Assembly: GCF_000315625.1 (NCBI RefSeq)
Contig: NW_005434648.1
Location: forward strand, 410,974 to 474,973
Direction of reading: 5' to 3'
DNA from: Guillardia theta CCMP2712
Taxonomy: Eukaryota > Protista > Cryptophyta
DNA: 64,000 nucleotides
Shown: piece by piece, positions 36,701 through 47,927 of the stretch
Position numbering within the stretch: position 1 is the stretch's first letter
How the letters are laid out: each line of letters starts with the position of its first letter
Notes under the pieces: generated by a model
What the model was told of the DNA's origin: nothing
Seen by the model: only the letters and a program-made list of their open reading frames with translations
The model's database searches: none
Translations under genes and position numbers: made by a program

Positions 36701-39700
36701 ACCCCCACCGTCATCCCCCAGTTCCAGCCCAAGGTGCGAGAGCTGACGCCGTACAACCGGATGGTGGGAGGGATCGTGATCTCGCAGAGGAGGAGGAAGG
36801 GAGAAGATTGCTCCCAGGGCATCCAGAAGCCTGACGTGAAGGCCTTCACTCAGTCCGCCAAGGAGGGAGTCCTGTGCCCCTCGGAGCAGCAGTTTGACTC
36901 GAAGCCCTTCGGCTACGACGCGACTTTCATGCCCTTCAGCTCCATCTACAACGGAAAGCTCCGGCCCGAGATGTTCTACGGGCCCAGCGAACGGCACGCG
37001 GTCAACGGCACCGACGGCTCCTCCACCCTCTCCTTCCCCAAGGGCTTCTTTCCTCACGAGTACGACGCCAACTGGCTGGACGCGAACCTGGACGGGACCC
37101 TGTCGCTAGAGGAGCTGGCGATGGACAAGAGCTACGAGACGGTGCATGAGAAGGATGCGAAGGTTGTTCATGGGGAGGACAGAAACAGCTTCAAGCTCTT
37201 CTTCGACGAGCGGCTGACGCAGAAGCAGGCGCAGGCCATGGTGGCGTTTGCCAAGGACGGGAAGTTCCTTGACGCTCAGACGCAAGAGCTGCACGTGGAG
37301 GTGGTGACGTTCAACGCTGTGAAGAACATCTTCCTCTACCTCGACATCTCGTTCAAGTGGGAGACCAGCGGGAAGATCCCTTGGAACTACAACATCAAGA
37401 CCATCTCCTTCGACCGCATCCTCTACCCAAGCGTCGTTCAGGCCGTCCTGATGCTCCTCGTGATCCTCTTCCTCGCTATCAACTGCATACTGGAAATCAT
37501 GGACATCATGGTGCAGGCTAGGAAGTTTGCCCTCCACGAGTACTTCGCCGACCTGTTCAACTGGGTTGACCTCCTTCACTTTGTCTTCATGTGGGGAACT
37601 GTCGTCACCTGGTTCGTGCACAGAGCTGAGGTGCAGGGCCTGACCCTCCTCCCCAACTATCCCATCCTCTTCTACGGACCCAACTACGACAACAGCACGT
37701 CGAGGAGGTACGGGGCAGCGAGGACCTTCGAGGCTCCGCTCTCGGCTACGAAACCAGCGAGCGCGAGGATGTTTCGAACCAACAACCAGGCAGAGTTCGA
37801 CTTCCTGAGCCTGATCCACACCATGCAGCGCATCTCCAGCACGATGCAGGTGTTCTCCTTCTTCGCGGGGGTCAGCGTCGTCCTCTTCGTACTCAGAATG
37901 CTCAAGTCCCTCGACTTCCAGGAGAGGATGGGGATGGTGACAAGGACGATCTCTAACGCTGCGAGCGATCTCTGGCACTTCATCCTCCTCTTCCTCATCG
38001 TCTTCATGGGCTACGCCATCGTCGGCGTCCTGCTCTTCGGTCATCAGTTTGAGGTCTGTCGCCTCCTCTTCCTCCCCTCTCTGACTCTCCCCGACACTGC
38101 TCTCCCTCTCCTCACCCTCTCCTCTCCCCTGCTATCCCGCTCCCCTCCCTCCCCTCCTCCCCTCCCTGCTCATGCTGACGAGCATGGTGCAGGGCATGAA
38201 GAACCTTTCGAGCTCCTGCATCACCCTGGCCATCTTCATCCTCAACTTCGACACGTTTTATTTCTTCTCCTCCGTAAGATCTTCCCCTTCCCGTCCTCCT
38301 CCCTGACCTGCTCCTCTCGCAGATGTCGCATGCTTCGGACTTTGCGGCCTTCCACATCTTTCTCTGGTCCTACCTCTTCATCGTCTTCTTCATCCTCTTC
38401 AACATCTTCCTCGCCATCCTCGTCGACGCGTACGCCAACGTCAAGAGCCACACCGACGGCTCCACCGGCCTCATCAGCGACTTCTCCTCTGTGGTAGCGC
38501 ACGAGGTGAAGCGGCTGGTGCTGCCCGGGAGCTCCTTCATCTCAAACCAGAGGCTGAAGCAGAGGCTGCTGGAGGAGAAGGAGAGGATGCAGCAGATGCA
38601 CAAGGTGAAGCTCGACATCAGCAAGCGCATGGCCTACCAGCGCGCCATCCTGATCCGAGGAGGAATCAAAGTCGACTACCAGGATCTCGAGCTGTTCCTG
38701 GGGAGGACGGGAGGAGCAAGGGCGCATCCTGTGGAAGAGCAGGCTGAGGGGCAGGAGGATGGAGAAGAGGTCGGGGGGGTGGAGGACAGCGAGGCGATTC
38801 ACAACTTGCTGGATCGTTACGGGGAAGACCTGTCCGAGTTGCAGGATAGGAAGAACCAGGACTTCAAGCTCATCCTCGAGATAGAGAACATGAGGTGAGG
38901 AGGGAAGGAGGGTGAGGAGGGAAGTTGGAGAAGAGGAGGAAGGTAGAGAAGCAGGAGGAAGATGTAGAGAGAGAAGAGGTGGTGAAGGAAGAAGGAGGGG
39001 GAACGGGGGAGAACTAGGAGCGAAGGCGATGGAGCGGGTATAGGGGGAGATAGAAGAGGTGGAGGAGGTAGAGAAGGAGGAGGAGGGGGTATCACATAAC
39101 TCCTCATGCAGGCGACTTCTCTCCATGAACGCGCTGCAGAATCAGCTGGTGGCTCAGCAGAAGAGGATCGTGCAAGTGATGGAGGGGATAGCGCAGAAGA
39201 GCTCGGTCACCATCCAGGAGGAGGAGGAGGAGGAGGATCAGGGTAGAGGAGCAGGTGCTCTAGGGACTCTAACCCTCCGGCTCGTCCGGGCAGAGCATCT
39301 CCCCAGGATGGATCTCCTAAGAAGCTGCGACCCGTACTGCATCCTCTTTCTGGACGGGGAGGGCAGCAGGGACTCGTACATGAGCAAGATCATCAGGAAG
39401 CAGGTCAACCCGACGTGGGACGAGACGTTCGAGTGGAAGGTGTACAGCAACAGCACCACAGTCATCATCTCCGTGTGGGACAAGGACAATGTGAGTCGAG
39501 CTGCTGCTGCTGCTGCTGCTCATCCTCCTCCTCCTTCTCCTTCTCACCCCTCCCCTCCCCCCGACCCCCCTTTACATTACCTCTAACTCATCATAATCAT
39601 CTGCCGTGATATCCAACGTGACTTCTGTTCATCTTCAGCTCTATCCTTTTTCTACTGCCCTGCCCTGCCCTGCCCTGCCCTGCCCTGCCCTGCCCTGCCC

Positions 39701-39999
39701 TGCCCTGCCCTGCCCTGCCCTGCCCTGCCCTGCCCTGCCCTGCTCCTCTCGCTCCTTTCTCTCGTTTTCTCCTCTTTCTCAGCTGTTCATAGATAACCAA
39801 AGACGACCTCATCGGCACTGCTTACCTCGACATCTCAAAACTTACCTCCACCTTCCCCGACGAGCCCGTCGCGCTTCAGATTGAGAATCCGCGATTTTAC
39901 AAGAAGCTCAAGGCTGCTCGCATCTACGTACAGGCCAAGGTGACCAAGAAGGAAGATGTCGATGTGAAAGTACAACACTTGGATGTCGACTTGATATGA
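33728..39999 (+). CDS. Polycystin-2/TRPP-like cation channel with C-terminal C2 domain (copy B)
   Basis: Same exons and motifs as copy A; introns at e.g. 34618-34679; pore exon 38193-38273. Confidence 0.9.
39656..39740. repeat. (TGCCC)17 microsatellite in the last intron of polycystin copy B
   Basis: Counterpart of the 21-unit tract in copy A. Confidence 0.95.
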
Positions 40000-40059
40000 A
40001 AGAACGTGATGTTGATAGCGGCAATCGATCAGTTTGTTTATGAAGAGCAACAAGGATCG

Positions 40060-40430
40060 GCGCCGCCTGCCAGGCTGCCAGCCTTAGCTGCCAGCACTCC
40101 CAAGTTGGACCCACCGGGCCCGCCACGTAGAATGCCAGTCGGAACTTCCCAGTCCCCCGGCCCGGCCGCCCGGTCACCGGGTTCAACGGTTGATCATCGG
40201 ATCATCGGATGCCGGGCGCGACTCAGGGGGCACTGATTTACTCGATTATATGCGCCACTAATCAAATTTTGCTGCCTCCGCACGTGCCGATGGGGGTGGT
40301 GGAGGTAGTATCAGGGGGTGGGGGTGGAGGAGTTCTGCCAAACGGCGGGTGAAATGGGGGTCCTTTTTGGATAAAAAGGGGGGTGACACATGGGGTGCAC
40401 TAGGGTAGTCAACGGCCCCCTGAAAAATGG
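40060..40430. promoter_or_regulatory. Intergenic module: CCGG block followed by GGGGT block upstream of the RbgA-like gene
   Basis: cccggcccggccgcccggtcaccggg (CGGTCAC at 40171); G-runs 40290-40400. Confidence 0.4.
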
Positions 40431-40675
40431 GCTACCGCAGAGGAGGCAGGCATCGCTATGCACAAGCATGCGCTGGCTCCTCTTGGTTCAAATCTCTTGC
40501 TTTATCATTCTCTCCTTCTCATTCCTTTTTATCTTCATTCTTCTTCTCCTCTGCTTCCTCCTGCTGGACGTCCATCTCTTCATCGTCAAGGTTGAGTTTT
40601 CCTCATCCAAAGTTTTCCTGCGATATGCCCAGCCAAAAGGACAAGACAGATCAAGCAGGAGGAAGGAGGCTGATC

Positions 40676-42491
40676 ATGAACAGACCATATTCTCTCCTTC
40701 TTTCCTTCATTGCCATCGTTTCTCTGCGGGCCGTAGATGGGTATCTTCAGGTTTGTCCTGCAAAGCTGATACAATCCTCCTCCAATTGTCCCTTCGCAAG
40801 GAATGTCTTTGATCAGACAAGTTTGAGTCTACCTAAGGTTCCAGGGAAAAGAGTTCAGAATATTCTCAGCGTTCAGATGTCGAAGAAGGACAAGCGCTAC
40901 AAGTTGGCCAAGAGAGGAGCAAACGAGGATGAGCTGCTGTTGACTGTCGCGGAGCAGTTTAGGAGGAGGGAGGGTCAAGCACAAATCTCCTGGTATCCTG
41001 GGCACATTGCGAAAGCTGAGAAAGTTCTTCAGGATGTTCTCAGCGCTGTTGATGTCGTTGTGGAGGTGAGGGATGCAAGGATACCCATTTCCACGTCGCA
41101 TCCGATGATTGACAATTGGCTGAAGAACAGAAAAGCTACCAGAATCATTTGCATGAGCAAGGTAGACATGGTCCCGGCATCATCCATCAGCATGTGGAAA
41201 GCATTCTTGGAGAACAGCATGAATACGTCTGTCGTTTTCATGAACTGCAAGGAGGGGGGAGACGGTCTCATACACCTCAAACGAGCCATCAAGAAGGAGA
41301 GGGAAAAGGTTAACACTCGCCGAGAGGAACGAGGAATAGCTCCGCGCAATGTGAAGGTAGCAGTGATTGGTTACCCCAATGTTGGAAAGTCCGCCCTGTT
41401 AAATCGTCTGGCGGGAATGAAGAAGGCGAAGTCAGAAAACAGAGCAGGAGTGACGAAATCGTTGCAATGGTCGAGGGTGGAAGGATACGACCTTTTGGAC
41501 TCTCCCGGGATTATTCCTGCCAAGTTGTTGACGCAAGAGATTGCGTTGCATCTTGCAATCTGCGATGACATCGGCAAGGCATCCTACGACACCATCCTCG
41601 TTGCTGCACATCTGGTCGATGAGATTCGCAAGGTTGGTTTTTCTCTTCCCTCCTATGTGGATCTCGGAGGGTTTCAGCGGCGGTACAACCTTCCCATCGG
41701 GACAATGAGTGGAGAAGAGTACATCTTCAGACTTGCTCACACTAAATTCTTCGGCCTGGAACTGCCAGCGGCTGAAAGAATCTTGGATGACTTCAGGGGA
41801 GGAAGGCTTGGGGTGTTCGCACTCGAGCCTCCTCCGACGATCCCCTATCACACTGGCTATTATCGCACTCTCGGGCTGAAACCCAAGTGCACTGCAGAAG
41901 ACATCAAGAAAGCCTACCGTGAGAAAGCTAGAGTTCTTCATCCTGATTTCGGTGGCGATCCGTCTGCTTGGCAGAAGCTGCTCAAGTCATATGAGGTGGA
42001 CGTTTTGTTGATGTCAATTGTTAGTTCTGATTATGTTGAAGATTTTGTCGGAGCCGGAAAGCAGGAAAATGTACGACGAGCATGGACTTGTGTGGGACAT
42101 TGCAATGTGAGCACGAGATCTTTTGCCTTCCGAACGACTGACAGGTTTGCAGCGGGAATTATCGTGTCCTGCAGCCTGGCGAGGTTAAACCGACTATGGA
42201 GACTGTATTCTGGCAAACTGTTAGTCTCAATAGTTGTTTGGAGTTCCTTCTGATTCTTCCTCTCTCCTATTCTCTCAGGGACAAAAATTGCTAAGAGGCT
42301 CACCGACTGCAACACTTCGCACTGCCAAGATGCGCAAGGGATTGTTGAGGTACCCTAAATCGTTGTCTCCCTCTCCATTGACGCCCATATGCAGGCTTTC
42401 AATTGCTTCAAACTCTGCTTCAAAATCTGTACTCTACACCAAACCACCACCAGGCCGCCCACCAATGAGGCAGCCAGAGGCTAACGTGTGA
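40676..42491 (+). CDS. RbgA/YlqF-family circularly permuted GTPase fused to a C-terminal J-domain; bipartite (plastid-type) leader
   Basis: ISWYPGHIAKA, DVVVEVRDARIP, GYPNVGKS, GVTK, LLDSPGI, ILDDFRGGRLG; J-domain YYRTLGL...IKKAYREKARVLHPD; leader MNRPYSLLLSFIAIVSLRAVDG-Y. Confidence 0.85.
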
Positions 42492-42729
42492 TCGAAAAAC
42501 GCTGAGGGCGACTTTGTAAGGATATATGAGAACACAATGAAGTTTTTTTTCCTGTATCTGTTTTGTGCCAACCCATGGTTGAAAGACAAGTGACATGAGA
42601 AGCTTTCAAAGAGAAGAAAATTTTACTGTAACAAAACCGGGGTCGCAAAGACCTTCATAGCGTTACTGACGACACATGCAAGAAGACCGCTTGCAGCAAT
42701 AGGAATCATTCTCGTAATCGAGTTTCCGT

Positions 42730-44223
42730 TTACTTGAACAATTTGCGCAGCGACATGTTCTTCTCGTTATCCTTGTTCATGACCTGGAGATAGAGTCAAC
42801 CATTCACGTCCCTCTACAAGAAGACAAAAAAAACCTTAGCCACAGCCATCTCGAAGTCCTCCTGTGTCACGTGAACACGGCGCTCTCTCAATGCATACAT
42901 TCCTGCCTCTGTACAAACTGCCTTGATTTCAGCACCACTTGCTCCAGGCAGCTTCTCAGCAATCTTTGAAAGATCAATTCCTCTCATCCTAAGGGCAACA
43001 CGTCACTACATGTAAGCATGTTAATGTCTGAGGAGATAATACTCACAAGTTCATCTTGCGGGAGTGGATTCTAAGAATGTCAGCACGAGCACCCTCATTA
43101 GGGTTAGGGAATTCTATCTTCCTGTCTATTCTTCCAGGACGGATCAAAGCATCGTCCAAAATATCCAAACGATTTGTGGCCATAAGAACCTGCATAGAGA
43201 ATATGTTTGAGAAGGTAAAGTGCAGATCATTCCAAGAGTAACATACCTTGATATTCGATGAGGATTCAAAACCATCCAGCTGGTTGAGAAGCTCAAGCAT
43301 AGTACGCTGCACCTCAGAATCTCCACCCTCAGAACCTTCGATTCTGCTGCTACCGATGGAGTCCACCTCATCCATGAAAATGATAGAGGGGGCGTGCTCT
43401 CGAGCCATCACGAACAATTCACGAACCATCCTAGATCCTTCACCGATGTACTTCTGGACAAGCTCTGAGCCAGAGACACGAATGAAGCAGCAATCAGTGT
43501 GGTGAGCCACAGCTCTTGCCAAAAGAGTCTTCCCAGTCCCCGGAGGACCATAAAGCAAAACTCCCTTGGGCTGTGCAATACCCAAGCTCTCGAAAATCTC
43601 TGGATGCTTGATTGGAAGTTCAATAACCTCTTTGATCTCTTTCACTTGCTTGTCAAGTCCTCCAATTGTCTCATACGTGGAATCTGGAACCTTCTCCACC
43701 CTCATGAGGGATACAAGAGGATCAACCTTGCTGGGCAGAATCTGCACAAAGCAAATCAATCGCCTTGGAAATCATAACGCCTCCACTGTACAACCTTGTG
43801 CAGAACATAGCTGTCATTCCTAAGAGCGACACGAATATTTGGCTTGATCTCGCTAACGTCGATACTGCTATCCAGGTCCACAACATACTTGCCATCCGGA
43901 TTCACCTGTCGTGGGCAGAGAAGCAGTGAGAAAATTTTCAATGTAACAGTTCAACAGCAGTTTCTCACCTTCACGAGCACTTTGTTCTTTCCCATCGCTT
44001 TTACAACTTCACCGACGTAAGAACTTGGTTCTTGCAAAAGCAGCAGCTCCTCTCGCAAAAGGCGAACTTTGGTGTTCAACTCATTCCTCTGAGCTTCCAA
44101 ACGACGCAAGTTCTGTGCTTTCTCCCTGTACACTGCTTCCAGCTCCTCTATCTTCCCCTGATAGTAGGAGTGAATCCCCGCACTGAACTGCGGGTTTGCT
44201 GCCTGGGCCTTACAAGATGCCAT
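42730..44223 (-). CDS. RPT6: 26S proteasome AAA-ATPase subunit RPT6/PSMC5, multi-exon
   Basis: [72 protein letters not shown]-terminal MSLRKLFK. Confidence 0.97.
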
Positions 44224-45139
44224 GTCTGCGCTTTAAAATCTAGTCAGTGCAACATGCAGGGTTGGAAGTAAAGCAAGCTTTGAAAACGTTACTTCCACTC
44301 ATTTGCTACTTGAAATACAAAGCCATGCCGCAACCAGTACATTTTGACTTTAAATCATTCTTTCTTTTCTCGAATATCAGATCAAGTTATCTACCAGGAT
44401 ACCACTTCATACAAAATTTTTCTCTCCTTCTATGAGTTGTCTCTCCAGAAACACAGGCGTGCTTAATTTTGGTCCCATACATCGAATCTCAGGAGCCTTG
44501 GAGCGTCTCATGCTTTCTTGTCATCTCATATCATCGCATCGTTCTCACTTTCTCTCCATACCGCCTTCCTCCTCCCTTCCACATCCAATCTTCCTCTGCC
44601 GCTCCTCACTCGGCGCTCGCGACATGCCAGGGAGCATGGAGGACAGCTGTCGAGTTGACTAATCTGGATTACTTGGTGTCCGCAAATGTTGGTTGACCAG
44701 AGTGAACAATTTTACCTAAATGGAATGACCTAATTGAGTTTTGAAATTATGGGTTTACCTTATTGCGTTGTGATGATGATGGCTGTTCGACAATTATGTG
44801 GGAGGGGAGGAGGAGGGCAGGAGGGCGGGGGGAGCTGAGGAGGGAGAGAGGATTCAGGGGGAAGAGAAGGGATACTAGGAAAGAGGGAGGAAAGGAGGGA
44901 GAAGAGACGAGACAAGACGAGAGAGGAGAGAGAGGGAAGGGCCGGGGGAAACGAGGAAGGAAAGTTGATGACATAGGCAGGGTCGGGCGAGAGAAGAGGA
45001 GGGCGAAGAGGAGAGGACAGACAGTCGAGTGGGTGAGAGAAGATGGGAGAGCCGTGTGATGCGACACATCAGGAGGACGGTCCTTGAAGGGGGAACTTTG
45101 ATCGTTTCTTCATGACAGGGTCACAAGGTGCAAGAGAGA

Positions 45140-47110
45140 ATGTTGAATGGCAAGCTGACCTGCATTGCTCTCTTCGCCGTCGCCTCTCTCCTTGCTGTCA
45201 TATACTCTTCATGGTTGCCAGGACGGCCTGAGATGCTCGAGGAATCTGTGAGTGATTCTGCTGAAGCTTCCCCGTTGGCAGCGCGTGACATGTTGGATGC
45301 AGGCGAAGAAGCAGCTGACCATGGGATCCAAAGGCGACAAGATGCTGGGGTTGAAGAGCATGTTCTCCAAGGTGAGACGCCCTGGTATGTCCTGGGCATC
45401 CCTTGATCGGGCTTCCTTGTAGGTTGAGAACAATCCCAATGTGAAGATGGTAAAGGGCCAGTACAAGGCGTTAGAGGCGATAGGTTTGCACTCCCAAGTA
45501 GCCCACGTCCTGTGTCTGACAGCGACGTCTTCAACCCACAGACGACTTGGGCTCAGTTTCCAACAAGAGACTGTTCCTTCACAAAGGTCCTACTTCTGCC
45601 TTGGGGGATGGGAGATGAGGTCTAAGGCTGAAACGACTTTCAGCACACAGCAAGAAGAGGAATGTGCTTCATGCCATCGCAGATGTCGCCAAGAAAGCTG
45701 GTGTCAAGGTCAACCCATCAGCTGATGTTGCGCTTGCTGACTGAGCTTCAGATCTCCGTGGGCAAGATATCCGCAACTGAGAAGGAGAAAGCAGGTTGGT
45801 GCTGTCTGGGAGTATTGCACGCCCTGCGTTTCTCAGTTTCCTTCCTTTCAATCAGCCAACATGGTGGAGGAATTGCTCAAGTCAGCAAGCAAGCAAATCA
45901 AGATGAAGGCAGCCAGCCCTCGAGAAGTTTTCAAGTCCAAGATGAAGAAGGTGAGGAACAAGGTTAAGTGTGGAGATGTTAGATGACCTCCGACCTGACA
46001 GGCTATGTTCAACTACAAGTTGTACAAGGGGCAGCATCGACCGGGGGTCCATGACAGTGCGATCGATAGAATCTTTAAGTATTATGTCTGATTGGTTTCC
46101 TTTCAGCGAAACCCATCCAGCAATCCCTTCCAGAGAAAAATCCAAGTTGGAAATCTAAGTATTGCCTTGATCCTAGAGAAACAAGCACCTTCTTTGACAT
46201 CTCTTACAAGGTTGGAATATCGCAACCCCAATTTTCACGACAAGATGGCGAAGGTTTGGTGGTTGGAACAAAAAGTCAAAGATGGATTGATTTGCTTCCA
46301 GGCCCTCTTGTACTATCAGGCTTACAGAACGGGCGGGGGCAGTAGGACCAAACCGATGAAACCTGACATCCCCACGGTCTTTCTTCGTTGGAAACTTCCG
46401 AGTTTTGTGAATGATTCCGCAGGCTGCTGATGAGGCTTCGAAGCCCGAGTATGTGATGAATGACAGCGTCTCGAGCATGCATCGAAGGCATGGCAGCGTT
46501 CAGAGCTCGCATGCGAACCATCGGTACAAGTGTGACCTCACTGGGTAAAGACTCAAAGATGAACTACGATCATGATCTCCTGATGTTAGTGTTGTAGATG
46601 CCATGTGATAGAGGCAACTGAAGAATTCAGGCCCAACGGCCTCTACATAGGGCTGAAAGAAGTGAAGGATTACTCCCCTGTTCACCGCAAGGCTTCTCTG
46701 CGACCTTCCAGCAGGATAAACGCGCTTGATGGGCAGGCGAGTCTTTCACGCTTCGTCTTTGTCGTCACTTTGTGACAGCCTTGCAGGAGCTTGCACAGAT
46801 GTCAAAGTCACATGTACACACAAGTTCTAGAGTTGCGGGCATGAGTCCAACCTTGTCAAGACCGAGCGACCATGCCGCCGCTCTGCGTCGCCTACAGAAG
46901 AAATCTCAACAGTACAACGATGCGATGCCTCTGAACCCCCTGGTAAAGTTCCTCCTCCCCTTATTGTCTCCTCAACGTATGCGACAGAATGGAATCCCGG
47001 GCTATACGCCGAGGCATAGAAGCAAGGAGACTGAGGTACCTGATGACGTCATCGGTGAGCCTGAACTGATCTTTCGCTGCAGGCGGAGGCTCCTGTCACC
47101 TCTCTCTTAA
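45140..47110 (+). CDS. Hypothetical multi-exon protein with N-terminal signal/anchor (3' end approximate)
   Basis: MLNGKLTCIALFAVASLLAVIYSSW followed by short exons with GT-AG introns; no family recognised. Confidence 0.4.
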
Positions 47111-47927
47111 ACCGCATGCCAGTCCCGGACTCTCCCAAGGTTGTTCCGCTCTTCCTGCTGCTGCTGCTGCTGTGCGATTGTGTCGTTTCTTCATTCTGAC
47201 TGCCCTGATGTCAGAAACTGCTTGAGACCAAGGCTTACATGCAGCAACTCTCGCAAGGGCAAGGACATGACTCAGCCCCTGCCTTCGATGACGCGGCGCC
47301 CAAGGTAATTCTAGAGGCTCAGGGGGTCGACCGGCCACTTATGCGCTTGTGAAGATGTTCCGATAGCGAAGTCTTGCAACCCCACCGGCTCTGAGCATCA
47401 GCCGGAGGAGGCACCGTTGACAGTTTATTCTTTGTGTTTATACATCGTTTACCGCTATCACGTCCTCAGTCGCCGTGTGTTTCCTCGCTTTCCGTTACCC
47501 CCCCTCGCCCCCGCGTCCCTTTTCTGTCCTTCACCTCCTCCTCCTCCTTGTCTTCTCCCTCCTCCCTCTTGTTGCTCAATTATTTCACTTCCTCCTCTGT
47601 TTCACCTACTTTTCTTCATCAGCTGCATTTTTCCACATCATTGTCGTGTATGACGAGACTTGTTGCTGCTTGTTTCAGCGGACAACCTGACAAGCAGGGG
47701 AGCCGGCTCAATCTTTCCCCTCCTAGACAGAGGGGTCAAAGATAGAGAAGAGGGAGAGCGAGTGCAGGAGCAAGAGACAGAAATCTCGTTGGTGTCTTCG
47801 TGTACAACATGGCAACCAACAGTCGATATGCAGCGGATTGATATGAAAGCAGATATGAAGCAAAGCTCTGTTAATCACGTTCATTGTCCAAGGGATTCAA
47901 AAACTTCAACTAGGAGTTTCAGTTATC

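Larger units (their letters stand above)
33593..40022 (+). repeat. Inverted segmental duplication, copy B (partner 7692-14350)
   Basis: Reverse complement of copy A, including introns and gapped 5'-flank homology. Confidence 0.95.

Noticed and set aside
7692-40022. Inverted repeats as TIRs of a giant transposon, Polinton or endogenous virus
   Set aside because: The repeats are an intron-containing host channel gene; no transposase, integrase, pPolB or capsid gene is visible in the spacer
40427-40675. N-terminal 83 aa of the 608-aa ORF
   Set aside because: Low complexity; the ATG at 40676 gives a clean signal peptide and is the likelier start
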